Below are positions 13,617 to 26,435 of a stretch of 64,000 bases of DNA, one piece after another. How positions within the stretch are numbered: position 1 is the stretch's first letter; each line of letters begins with the position of its first letter. The stretch is taken from contig OZ316776.1 of assembly GCA_973851085.1 (NCBI GenBank), forward strand, positions 10,044,001-10,108,000, read 5' to 3'. The position numbers and the translations under genes were made by a program. The notes beneath the pieces are model-generated. The model was given only the letters and a program-made list of their open reading frames with translations. It was not told where the DNA came from and did not search any database. This stretch comes from Ptychomitrium polyphyllum (taxonomy: Eukaryota).

Positions 13617-14949
13617 TATAACCTGTTTCCCTTCATCCACTTCTTCGGTCTCAATTAGACCAATCCACCCCAAACACCTGAGTGCTCTCCTCAGTCGCAC
13701 CTGGGTCCACGCATCATGCTGCTTTCCACCTGCATCTAGATACTGCCTCCCTGCTCCTCGCTACCATAACCGATCCCACCTCTCCCGCAATTGCTTGGCA
13801 TCAATTCTTCCCTCAAGTGGAAACTCAACGTCACAGAACGGAGCTGCTCCCATGCAGCTCAGGCACCCACAGTCTTCCCCTACCTGCAACGATGTAGAAA
13901 AGCGTAGGTAAGACGGGGAAAACACACACACAACCAACAATCACGACTTCACATACGAGCCACACATCAACACACAGATCCGAAGCCCAAAGCACCATCG
14001 CAACTAGAGCCTCCACATCCCCGTCCTCAGTAACACCCCTAGTGCCCATCTAGCACCCAAAAGCCACACCCAAGTCGTCCCAGACCTCGCAGCAAGCTGC
14101 CTTTCGCCTCGCACCCACCTCGTGCAGTGTACCCCAGAGTCAGGTACAAATGTGAAAGCATGGCGCAGTAATGAAACCGCTCATCCACAGACCCACCTCC
14201 GCACAACCCTCCTCCTTCCACCGCGACGAGAATATCCTACACGCACGATGCCGAAACCACATCCATCCCCCCACCCTCGATTCCCGAAACACCAACACCG
14301 AACCCCCAAGCTCCCAACCCCAACACCACATCACCTCACGTCACAGAACTCATCACAGCTCGAGTCCTCTTCTCTAACGCTTCCAACACTTCACTCCCGG
14401 TGGAAAAGCTGGATTCTCATCCTCAAAAGCTAATGTTGGATTCCTACCAGTGCCAGTTGTGGGCTGTTTCGCGGGTTGCGAGCACCAAATTGGCGCAGCG
14501 CGGGGGCAAAATCCGGGACGCAGTCATCGTGGTGGTCAAGTGGAGCTCTGAGCTCCGAGGCTCCTCCGCAACTCTCCGGCATGCGCATTCTCTAGAGCCA
14601 ACACTATCTACTGGATGCTTATATTTTTGTTAACGAAATCTATGAGAGCTATAGAAAGTGCCATCTCCGGGCACAGTCTCCGTGGATGCTGCGTCTGCAG
14701 CCTCCGAGGTTCCACCTAGATGCGTTTTCATTGGGCGTGACAAGTCGTGGTGTGTCGGCACTTCGTCAGCAGGTGTTCTCGATGCGTTCGAGTAGCGTCC
14801 TGCAGTGGGAACGTACAGTACGTAATGCACTACCGTATGCGGGATTTCCTTGTAGTCCTTTCTGTCTGGGATTTCTCTGTACTGGCGTATGCGACGTCCT
14901 TCTAGCGCCTTCCATGTATGCTGGACAAACTTTGTACAAATCATTTTAG

Positions 14950-17500
14950 AGTTTTAGAAGAAGACAAACTTTGTTCACATCAAGGTATGTTTTTTTGACA
15001 AGTCAAGTTTGAAATGAGATGAAGTAGCCTTCTTGTGAAGACAATTTTTATATGTGTTAATTTCTTAAGATCTAAACTATTATAGAGTGGATAATGGTGG
15101 ATGTTTTGGTTTGTAAATTAGATTTAAAAGGTATATTTGGTAATGGTTAGCCACTTTGTTCGAAAAAGCAATTAAAACAACAAAAATAAAGTAGAATTCT
15201 TTAAGATATCCTTAAAGAAATGAAGCAAACTTTGATTAAAAACTATTATAGGCCTTTTTGCAATTGCAATTGCAAGTAAACTTTAAAATGAATGTATTTG
15301 AGCATGAAGTTTGAGAATCTTTATTATTCAATATTAATTGATAAAAGTTGTAAAGTCAATAAAAGTCACTATTTTAAAAACTTTTCCAAAGTATTACAAA
15401 CAATATAAGTTTAGAAGAAAGAAAGATTATATAATGTTACAAGGCTACATGATTTAGAATTAAAGATATTATTGGAACTCTAATGCTAAGCTTATTTTGG
15501 AACAACTTTAGAAAAACTAGTATTAAAAGACAATATTATGCCTTTGTATTGAAAATACAATAAATAGTATTAAATAATGATTTTAATAAAGTTATATTTA
15601 GTAATATAGGTGTTGTTTCATTTAAAGTTTAAATAATATTAAAATTTCTTTTTGAAAATCCCATCCACTTAAATTCATCATGCAATTCTAAAAACAAAGT
15701 AATCAGTATTAGCTTCTTTCTACAATTTTTCTAATATTTTATATACTAGATAAAGATCATATGATTTAGTAATGTTTTTGATTAAATTGAGGTTATTGAT
15801 TCTAGTAGAACTCAAATCATTAACATGTATATTTTGTAGGATCATTTTAAAACTAGAATGTAGCCTATTTATACATTGATTGTTACAAAATTATATCTTC
15901 ATTTTATAATAAATAGATGAAGTATAGTTATTAAGATTCAAGATTTTTAAAAAATTTCAATATTAAAAAATATTTTTTGGTGTAACTTAGATTATTTAAA
16001 CTTTTAATTATGTAATTTGAGATATTTGATTTAAATTAAATTTTCTACTATAAAAGATGCTAAATACTTTAAAAACTTCTTTGTCATCTTTAAGTTTTAT
16101 ATAATGACATTAAACAATATTAATAAAATTTATGGTCTTATTTATAAACTATTATATTGCTTAATTGATATGTATAAAAAAAAATTTCTACTATACTTTG
16201 GAATTCATAGTCCATTCTTCATTCACAAATTTGTTGAATAACTAAAGATAAAGGAAATTTGTTTCAAAAGTTTAAAGAAGAAAAAATCAATATGGAGATT
16301 TTAATAAAATATTGATAAATAAATAAATGAAAACAAAAATATGAAGACTATTAGGAATTAAGAAATTTCTTATAAAATTATGCAACATAATATGCATGAT
16401 ATATGACACTATGCATTTTATTTTATTTGTAAGACTATACATTCAAATTTTTCACATTATATTGCTAAATTATATAAATATAAACTACATGATTATTTGG
16501 TAGAATGTAGCTTGATAAACTACATTATCAATATCAATTATGATTTAATATTAGTATTAAAAATTTAACTTTCCAAATATCACTATGTGTTATAATGATA
16601 TATTGTCCATACTTCAAATGTCTATTCCTAATCCTAAGACTTAAATGCACATATACAATGACTAATTTCAATGGATTTTAGTAAATAACATTCATAAAAT
16701 AATACATGTCATATCTTATTTTTGCATTATATTATAGTTTAATCTATCTTAAACAATAACATTTATAGAAATATAAAACATCCAAAGATTTTCTACGTAA
16801 TACAATATAATTTATGCAGGCACATTTCAATAATGAAAAGTTTTTATAAAGACAATTAATTAAAAATGATATAAGGGCCTTCAATATAATATTAAAACAA
16901 CCGATTGTATGGTGCTAAGCACAACCAGACTTTACAATTATAGTTTGTTTTTATTAAAATTGATCTTCTAATTTGTGGATTTAAAAAGTGTTGCATTTTC
17001 AAACAAAAACCAATAATCTAATTTCTAAATATTGTAGATAATTTTTCTTCTCACATTGGTAGATATGGTATTTCTAAGCATTATAAGTTCAAATTTAACA
17101 ACAAATATCATCAATGGCTATAAAGATTCCATGACAATAAGTTCTACATTTTTAAATATATAAAGTAAGATATATTAGTAATTCCCTATTATATACCAAA
17201 ATCATCATATATTGTGGGCCATACTAATTATGTGAAGCAATAGAAAGAATGAATTTTCCATATTTTATGTGGTAAAGGTGATCAACTTAAAATCAAGAAG
17301 TAGCTCATAACATACTTAAATATTATTATTGTGGGCAATATTAATTAAAAATTAAAAATCAATGATTCATATTTAGAAGAAAATAAATAAAACCACTAAG
17401 GTCATGAAAATGATCTAAGAAGAGTGAATGAAGAAAAATGATATGTTATTTATGTTTTCCTTTACCTAGACCTATACATTATTTCATCCACATTATGTGA
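14950..17500. other. Extremely AT-rich ORF-free block, probably decayed transposon or repeat DNA
   Basis: Sharp compositional boundary and no ORF >=60 aa. Similar blocks at ~1150-2530, ~18350-19400, ~43950-45020 and ~60800-63650. TE origin is inference. Confidence 0.5.
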
Positions 17501-20500
17501 TGATTGTAATGTAGGAAATTCATCATCATGTTTCCACGTGGAGCATGTTCCATTTCCCTCAATCGAGTGACGTCACAAGCAAAGATGTACTTGAACTTTG
17601 CAAAGAATCGTGAGTCAGCTGACGTAGCTATTGGAGTTCCTCCCATTTAGTGACCTGTACACACATGTGACAATTCCAATGATCATTGTCTCTTTGCAAT
17701 GCGAATGATCGAAGATATCTTGCAGGGGCCACGGTGGAAAGAGGCCGACTTTATCACTTCATCCATATACAGAATGTCATCTACGACGCACTCCGCATTG
17801 GATGAAATGTGGAGATGTTTCTCTGCTCATCCATGTTCTCTTCTTGTAGCCATCGTATTCATCGGCGTCCTTCGTATTTGTCAACGCATGTGCAGTATTT
17901 TAATTGCCTTCCACCAACTTTCATTGCACTCCTGTATTGATCAAACATCACTACGTATAGTCTCATCCTGGTGAATGTTATCTTGAAGCCATCCCTGGAT
18001 CGTCCCCCCTGAAATGCAAAATATCCTCGGAAATTATTTATCACGAACTGTGGGTGAGAACATGTGCCTGCAGATTTGAATGAGATCCTGTAACTGATGC
18101 ACTGGCGCCACCTGGCTGTATGCACTCTCAGATTTCAACCTCTTAATATGTGAGTAAGTGACTTATTGGGGAGCATTTCAAGAATGAACTCCAAATTCGT
18201 ATATTTTGGACTTTTATTAACTGTGAGGAACTGGGACCCCAAGTTTCTCCATCCAGCCTACTGGAAGTTGTAGTCCGAGGGTGACTACTTCAAGGGTGAG
18301 GTAGTGTGGTTGGGTCTATAATCATGGGAAAAGTGCCGTAACAACTACATTATAAGAAGTTGAATTTATTATTTGAAGTTTAAAGGTATCACCAAAATAT
18401 TTACCTTTAAATTTACCTTTACAGTTTCTTAAATAAAAGTTCTTTACAAATGCACATTATGTTATAATATACAAGCATATAATAAGACCTATAAGCAAGA
18501 AGTAGAATTACAAAGATAGGCAAAACATTTTGCTTACATGCTAATTGGTGTAGAAAAGGTTTTAACAAAGTATCTTGAAATCACCACTTATTTGAATACT
18601 TAATACATACAACCTACTATTGGTGCATCATTTTCATCATTGTATCATTTTTAGCATTTTCTCATTCAATTTCATTTATGAAATGAAAATCCAATTATTT
18701 TATTAATGGAGCAATTTATTTATTACATCTAATAAAATATTCAATAAATTATGAATTTAATAAATACATCTAAATAAATATCACTAAATTTGGACTTTTT
18801 TTGAAATTATTATATATTATTTAAAACAATTGAAAAGAAAAGATGTATAAGTTACATGAAAAAAGATTCAATTATCTTAGGTACTTTCAATGGTAATCCA
18901 TTGAAATAAAGCAATCTAGTTAGTCATACAATACAATTATTTAATTTACAATATAATACATCAATCAATGCAAAAAAATATAGTAATTTACAATCATCCA
19001 TTCAAGTACATAATGGTAATATATCTTCTAAGAGAATCAACCAAAACAATGCAACTTTCATGAGAGAAAGAACCCTTATGGGCTTCACACCTTGTTCCAT
19101 GGAAAAAAAGATTGAAAGTTCTAGTCTAAAATATGGGCATTTGAAGTAAAAGACTAGCCACTTAAGAAGATGGAAAAATAATGAAATAATTGATAGGATA
19201 AATCTTCCTGTTTTGGACCAATTCATCAATAAGAGAAAACTTTCTTGTAATAATTGCTATCATGTAATTAACTACATCATTTCTCATCCATCTTCAAATT
19301 ACTTCTCTTATGGATAATGGGACAAGGTGTAAAACCATATGAAAAAAGCTGAAAATTTAGACCAATTGTATTACATAAATACTCCAAATATAACAAAAAT
19401 CTCTTGTCTCGTGGCCAATGATAGAAGGTGTGAAGAGGCCCTAACTAAGGCTGATTGTAACGAGCAGAATTGGCTATATCATGCTAGGTATCACATATCA
19501 CAATCATTCAATCAAATTGATAGTCAAATTCTAAAAGGACCCTTTCAGCCCAGCTCTCACTCACCAGTGCACTGTCCAAAACCAGTCCTTATTGCACTCC
19601 TCATAGATCAGAACAGTACAGTGAGGGTCAAAAGCATGGGCACCAGCCCAGTATTACATGATACACCCAAAAATAAAAAAACCTAAGACCGAAATCACGA
19701 CCCGAGTCCTGCTGTCATACGAAAGAAGAATCACAGTCCTGAACGAGACAAAATTTGAATCACAATATTTCACATTTCAAATCATGAAACTCGCTAATCC
19801 GACCCGGTGCCGTGCATCTGCATCCACAGTACACGATCTTCGATGTCCTTCTCGATGTAGCGCTTCCACCATCGCAACCGCTAGAAGCAAAGAAGCTGCA
19901 GAATTGATCTAGTCCAACATCCGGTCAAACATCGGTGTACTTAAAGGCGCTTACAGTAGCCTCCCGTCAGTTCTAATTCTAGGGAGGCCGTGCTAAAATT
20001 GGAGGGATCTCCGCACTGCAATCTCGGCCTTACCATGCCAGATCGAGCAAGTGGGGCACTTACGGACGGAAGACCACCTAAGAACGATCGACGAACGAAG
20101 GGACAACAAAGGGGCTCGGCCTTGTCATGCCAGCACAAACCAGTGGGACACCAACGAACGAAGAACGAATGACGATAAACGAATTAGACGAAATGATGAA
20201 GGTGATTGTAGCACGAGCTAGTGGGCACTAGGTTGATACACACCCGAAATCGTTTCTGTATCCATAATCAACATCGTCTATTCTCAGACTTCATTCTACG
20301 AACTGAATTCTTCAAAAGACGTCCAAGCGTCGGTTTAAGATGCTGATAAACCGCCACTGCGAAAATATCGTCAGCATCTACCAAAATCTGAAGACTCATT
20401 GCGAAACGAACGTCACCGATAGATACGGTTTTACACTAACGAACGACAACGGAAGGTGGACGAAAAGACAACGAATACGCAACCAAGAGGCAACAGAGGG

Positions 20501-20957
20501 GCAACAGAGGGGCAACGAAGTGGGACGCAAAGCGGTGACGTTGTGACGACGGTGACGGGGTTGCTTCGAAAGTGGAGACGAGGGGCGTGGGGTGTCGTCC
20601 ATCAGTGTTGAGAGCACTTGGAGCGATGGTGTCAGAAAGGAAGGCTCTCTCTGCAACGAGGATGTTCATCTGATTATGAGAAAGGCCGAAGCTTTTGTTC
20701 CATTGCTATTCTGCTCGCCAGCCTGAATCTGCATGCTTTTGTCGATGAGCTTGGCATGAGTTCGAGCGCACGAGTTCATCTGGATGGCGATGGCGATGGT
20801 GACGGCTGGTGTTGAGGTTTGAGGGAGGGGATGATCCACTTGAGGACACCAGGGATGCGGGGATTTGATTTTGGGGTGGATCGATTCTGTGGGGTTGAAG
20901 GTTTGGAGGGCATGGAGGAGGGGTTGGTATTGGGAGGGATGGAGAGGAGGTGAAGGG

Positions 20958-21090
20958 GAGAGAGATAGTGTGAGAGAGAGTGAGAGAGAGAGTGAGAGAG
21001 TGAGTGAGAGAGAGTGAGAGAGTGAGTGAGAGAGAGTGAGAGAGTGAGAGAGAGTGAGAGAGAGAGTGAGAGCGAGAGTGAGAGCGAGAG
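20958..21090. repeat. Compound (GA)n/GAGT/GAGC microsatellite in the 5' leader or promoter of the F-box gene
   Basis: ~130 bp of GA repeats interrupted by GT/GC, ending ~80 bp before ATG 21171. GA tracts are known BBR/BPC binding sites in plants. Confidence 0.9.
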
Positions 21091-21170
21091 GTGAAGAGGT
21101 TGTATCTTCGTTCTGGTGAAAGGGGAGTGGGGTTGTTTGTAGCGAGGACGGCGACAGGAGAGGTAGGGCG

Positions 21171-23610
21171 ATGGCGAAACGGGCGGGCAGCAGGCTGCCC
21201 TTCCTCATCGTGTCGCACGAGGCGGTGGTGGTGAGGGCGGAGGAGTGGCTCACCACGAAGAAGGATTCTAAGCACGGAGATAACTTCAGGGAGCAGCGAG
21301 GAGGAGGGTGTCGTGGGGAGAAGGGGGAGTCGAGCTCCAGCGTGGTCGGGCCGCTTGTGCGGAGCGGGAGTAGCCCGACCGCCGCTGGGAAGGTGCTAGA
21401 TGTGGAGATGCTATCGGAGGAGACTTCACAGCCCCTGTCGCCGTCTTTCAAGCTTGATGGTCAGTGCTTCCCTGCGTGTTTTTAGTGTTGATGTTCTCCC
21501 TCGTTTCGGTCTGCGTTGTGTTCGCCTTGTGAGTTTCTTCCTTCACGAGCCGCCTTTTCCGCCTTTTGGTGTGAGTGTTTAAGGGTCTTTTGTCTTGATT
21601 TTAGGGGAATCTCGGTTGTTCTACGAGCCACTTCCTGGATTCACTTGCTGGTTGGTGTTGCTGTAGTTAGGTCTTCAAATTTCGATGCTTTTGAACCTTC
21701 CTCTGTTTGGATGTGAGGTTTTGTTTGTATCAGATTGTAGTGGATTTTCTGCCAGTTGATCTATTTCAGCAATCCGGATTGTTCTCTGTGACCTAACTAT
21801 TTCTGAATTATATGTTAGGATGCTTTTTTGTACCAAACGTGGTTTTTTTGGTTACGGGTGGGCGTTTTTGCTCTCCTCTCCTGAACGCTCTATTAGTAAT
21901 TACTGAGGGTGGGTATGGCAAGCAGATCTCGACAGGGATGGACCTTCAGACCAGAGTGTAAATCACTGCCTTGAAAGGCCACCAGCAGCAATGTCTGCAC
22001 TCTTGGACGAGTCCCTCACACACTTCAGGGAGCAGTACGAACTTTACCTGCGGACGGCAAAGTGCCTCCACGTTCTATGTAAGCATCGCACCGAAGGCAC
22101 GCTTCCACAGGAATTGATGTACGAACGCGTGATGATCTTGGGCACGCCTCAGGGTCTCATGACTGCGACGGGAAGCGCCAAAGTGATCCTCCGTGATTAT
22201 ATGAATGGAATGTTGGATCTCCTGGTGAAGACAAGACAGGCAGAGCTTGACTACTATATGGATTGCTTGGCGTGCGCACCAACTGTGCTAGAAGGAAAAG
22301 TAAATTCACACTTTCCGAGTGCAATGATCACCGAGGATGAGGCAGACAAAGTGGAGGCTGATGACATGATCAATCTACGGAAGCAGTGGAACAACAGAGT
22401 GGTGGATGATTTTAGTGACAAGGCATTGTCCGTGCAAATCGACGTTGCGTCCATGTATTGCGACACCAGCATTCTTATCGTGGCTGATCTGCTGAAGAAG
22501 CGACGTGAAGAAGAACGACTCGCGCTAATGCCGCTGCAAGACCGCATCTGGAGCGGGCTGCCAGAGGATTTGATTGACAGGACTCTTGCTTGTCTTCCAG
22601 TCCCCAGTTTCTTCCGGTTCCGTTCCGTGTGCAAGCGTTGGAATACCCTCTTGAAAACTAACTCATTTCTGGAGCTTTGGTCTACTGTTGTCTCCCAGCA
22701 GCTATGGCTGTTCTCAATTCATGCAAAGCATCCGACTGAGATGGTGGCCATGGCGTACAATCCTTCGTTGGGCATCTGGCACACTGTTCCTGTGCCTCAG
22801 TATCTCTCGAAGATGTACACCTTGGCGTCAGCTGGGGGGCTCTTGTGTTCAGCCTCGTATCCAAACCGTCTTGCTGTTGTGTGTGTTTGTAACCCCTTGA
22901 CCACGCAGTGGAAGGACCTGCCCAGCATGCTCTACATAAAGCGCGTGCATCTGTTGGGAATGATAGTGGACAAAGTCACAAGGCACTACAAGATAGTCGT
23001 TGTGGGCACGCAGTCACGGCAAGACCTGGTCTCTAATACGGAGGTTTATGATTCTGCCACTGGGACTTGGGAGATCACAGGCAGGGCTTTGGGTTCCTTC
23101 ACAAGCCACCGCTTGGTTTATTGCAATGGAATGTTTTATAACCTTTCTGCCACAAGAGGCTGGCCTGTAACGTTAATCCTCCATGCATATGATATTGAGC
23201 AGCAGGCTTGGAGAGAGGAAATTCGGTCTGCCATGCTGCTGAATTTTCAAGCTCCTCCTTCGTTGGTGGAGTGCCAGGGTTCTCTTCTCATTGTTGGGAG
23301 AATATCAGAAGACAGCCACTTTGCCAAACCTAAAGCAATTCGCTTATGGGAGCTTCGAGAGAAAGAAACTGGTGGGGAGTGGATAGAAGTGGTGACCATG
23401 CCGCCAGCACTCTTGGAGGAGTTTTGTAAAGAGTGGACTCGCCCTACCCATTTTCGGTGTCGAGGTTTAGGGAACGTGATATATTTCCTGAGCTCGCGGG
23501 CCCTTATGTACGACTTGTCTTTGAAGGTCTGGCAGTGGCTCCCGAGTGGCCCAGGGTATCATTACGACCATGTATTGCCATTTGAGCCAAGACTGGACGT
23601 GGTTGTATGA
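21171..23610 (+). CDS. F-box/kelch-type beta-propeller protein with long N-terminal extension; exons 21171-21459 and 21926-23610, ~657 aa
   Basis: F-box IWSGLPEDLIDRTLACLPVPSFFRFRSVCKRWN; propeller motifs ASAGGLLC, VCNPLTTQWKDLP, TEVYDSATGTW, PSLVECQGSL; terminal FEPRLD. The phase-1 donor g|gtcagt joins the phase-1 acceptor aagcag| in frame with the 21991 ORF. Exon 1 is less certain than exon 2. Confidence 0.88.
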
Positions 23611-26435
23611 TATGTATTTGTATTTACTATCAAGGGTGACGCAATTTTTTTCCCCCTCTTTACATGAGGATTTTTGGGTCGGTTTCAGCGTCACAATGGT
23701 CAAACGCAACATATTGCCGATTAGATGTGGCACTTTTGCATTGGAAGATATACACCTGCCAGGCTTTTATTGAGGTATGCATACTGATACAGCTGCTGGA
23801 TTTAAGGAAGTTTTTAATCTCATGTCTTACTCTTGTTTTATGCATCACAATGAACAACGTCAGTTCTGCAGACACCTGATGTAACCACAGTATCTTCTAC
23901 TTCTGTAGCTCAAGCAATTATTAGTTTCTTAGGAGTATCTGTTGTGACGTTTTTAAAACGACATCTATTGCTAATGAAATGAAGAAACTTGTAATTAACA
24001 ACCCCGTTTTGCACATCAACAAGATCATTTTGACAGTGCTATCTTCAATTTGGTGTATTTTACTAACGGCCACTACTTTTGTATTTTTGCAGGATCACGA
24101 AGAATTTTTTTCTCAGTTGGAGGATCTTTTAGTTGTGGCTAGAGCAGTAGAGAGGCCAATAATGCTAGCGAAGTTACAACCAGTGAGTGGTTCTAGCGTG
24201 GAAACGAGTTTCCCAAATCTGAATTCGCAATATGGACGGACTGCAAGATGGGAATTTAATCAGTCTCTATAGTGGATATTAGGTTCGCAAGCGATGGTGC
24301 CTGTTCTACTCGAACTATGTAGCGTGGAGGGTGCACTTATTCGTTCATCCTGGCTATTAGATCATTATTTTGTCTTTAATAACCTGCATTATATGTGCAA
24401 GCTACCGAGTTATGCAGGATGTTGGGGTAAGCCATAGTTTTTAAGTCTCAATTTTGAAATTATATCTGGATTCAGTTACAATGAACCTACTGTTGTAAAA
24501 AACATCTCTGCAAATGGCTGTATTTAGCTCAAAAGAACTTTAAGAAAGAATGGATTCCTTATTACCTGCGTTCTAAACTCGACGTGAGTGACGAAGAGGT
24601 GCTATTAGAATTGTGTGAGAGTAGTGAATACCATAATGTTTGAAGACTGGTAATGGAGTCCCAGCCACCTAGCTGGAGTGGAACCAGTTGCATGTAAGGG
24701 CGTAGGCTTGGATCCCGAAGGCAGCACAGAAGATTTATACGGAAAAGCATTCTCCACTCGATACAACATTTGAATCTGCCGCCGTATCTGGCACGGATTC
24801 TGATTTATTTTAGTCTTGAATCCGCCAATTAAGATGTTGCCTGCTTCGTGAGCAGGCCAGACACTACAGTCCAACTTCTTTAATTGTTACGCCTGTGAGC
24901 ACCTAAATTTTTAACTTTTACAGGGTTACACATATAAACATTTATACATTATTTTTGACTAATTTCAAGTAGAAGGTACGTTGAAATAAGAAGTTATGCT
25001 AGTCTATCTACTCTCTTGCATTGTGGAGTGGAAAATCTTCTTTTCTATGTTGTATCCATTTTGATCCGTCAACTAAGATGTGGAGAGTGATTTACAGGTG
25101 CAACAACATCTATTAGCCCAAATGACTGGAAGTATATCTAACGGCAGTTTCTTTTCCCAGGTTACTATAGCTCTGATTCACACCGATACCAACCGACCAA
25201 CAAGCAAGGAAACTAACTTGGAATGATTCCATGAATCATATCATACAAACCATAGTCCAGCAAGAGTCTGGCACCTTCATGAGCACCAAAAGGCCCCCAA
25301 TCATCACAGTCAATGAATGTCTGAAGGCATGAAGATTCCTCTCAAAACTTCATTGAAGTATGTAACTGTAAGTTAATTCGACTGGTCGTTGAAACCTTCG
25401 AGGCTTCTTGACAGGCCTGAAGGGCAAGTTCCAGCATGTGGAGATGCATCGCAACTCTGGGCTTTTTCCACGATTCTTGGATCTTTGGTAGAAACCCATG
25501 CTTATGAGTAGAACCATGTTCAACTGATTGTTTCTCTCGATTGAAATACGTTCTTGTCAATAGCAAGTATGATAGTATGAACATTGGTGGCTATTTTCAA
25601 GTTTTGGCTGGCTTAAGTGAAGACCCTTGAGCCGAGGGGAGTATGCGATCCGGGCTTGTCACACCCCACATCGACGAATCAGAGCATTGATCGTGCTCCT
25701 TTCATGGCGAAACTGTGTGGGAGGATACACGGTCACCAACGACGCCTGTGCCATTTGAACGATATAACGAAACTGATTGGTATATAGACACATACGGTTT
25801 CCTCATGAAGGGTGCTCTGACAATGGGGACACCTGTTCAAGCTCTGATGAGCTTCTAGAAAATCCTTCGCTTCCTGTGATCAGCCGCTCAATCTTGTGCT
25901 CCGAGTGTTTCTGTATTTGGTTCGTTCACTTTGCCGTGGATATTGGGCCATACGCTTTCAAGCACTCAGGCATTCTGTTCTGGTTGCAACAGAAGATAGT
26001 TTATACAGTCAGTTTTCACAGAGCTGAATGCAACTTTGTTGGTCTGTGTTAGGGTCTGGATCTGAAGCTATGTACAATTAAGTTGGAAAAATTTACCTTG
26101 ACGGTACCTGCGCAGTGCACTAGACTGAAACCTCCTCGACTGACTATCCTGCACCTGCAAGATGCCTGTTGCCCTGCAAAGAAGGCTGTCACCCTGGCCA
26201 TTGGGGACGAATCACGATGATGTTCGACTGGCGACGAGATTCGGCATAATCCGTCATCGTTGCAGCATCTTCCATCTTTCGAAGGAGCTCCTTGGTTGAA
26301 GTGCACGCGTGGTCATTCATGTGTGACGATGGAGGTATCAAACCCTTCTCTGGAGATTATTACCAAATCAGTCTTGATTATAGCTTCACCAACTCAGAGT
26401 GATCCATTGTGCGCTGTCGTCGAAAGCAGTCGGCT

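Noticed and set aside
14828..18306. CACTACC...GGTAGTG as termini of a 3.5-kb CACTA element
   Set aside because: Only 7 bp of inverted match, the flanking 3-mers (ATG versus TGG) are not a target-site duplication, and no transposase remnant is recognisable.
20666..21451. 261-aa and 189-aa minus-strand ORFs with SL/SH repeats
   Set aside because: They are translations of the GA microsatellite and the antisense of F-box exon 1.
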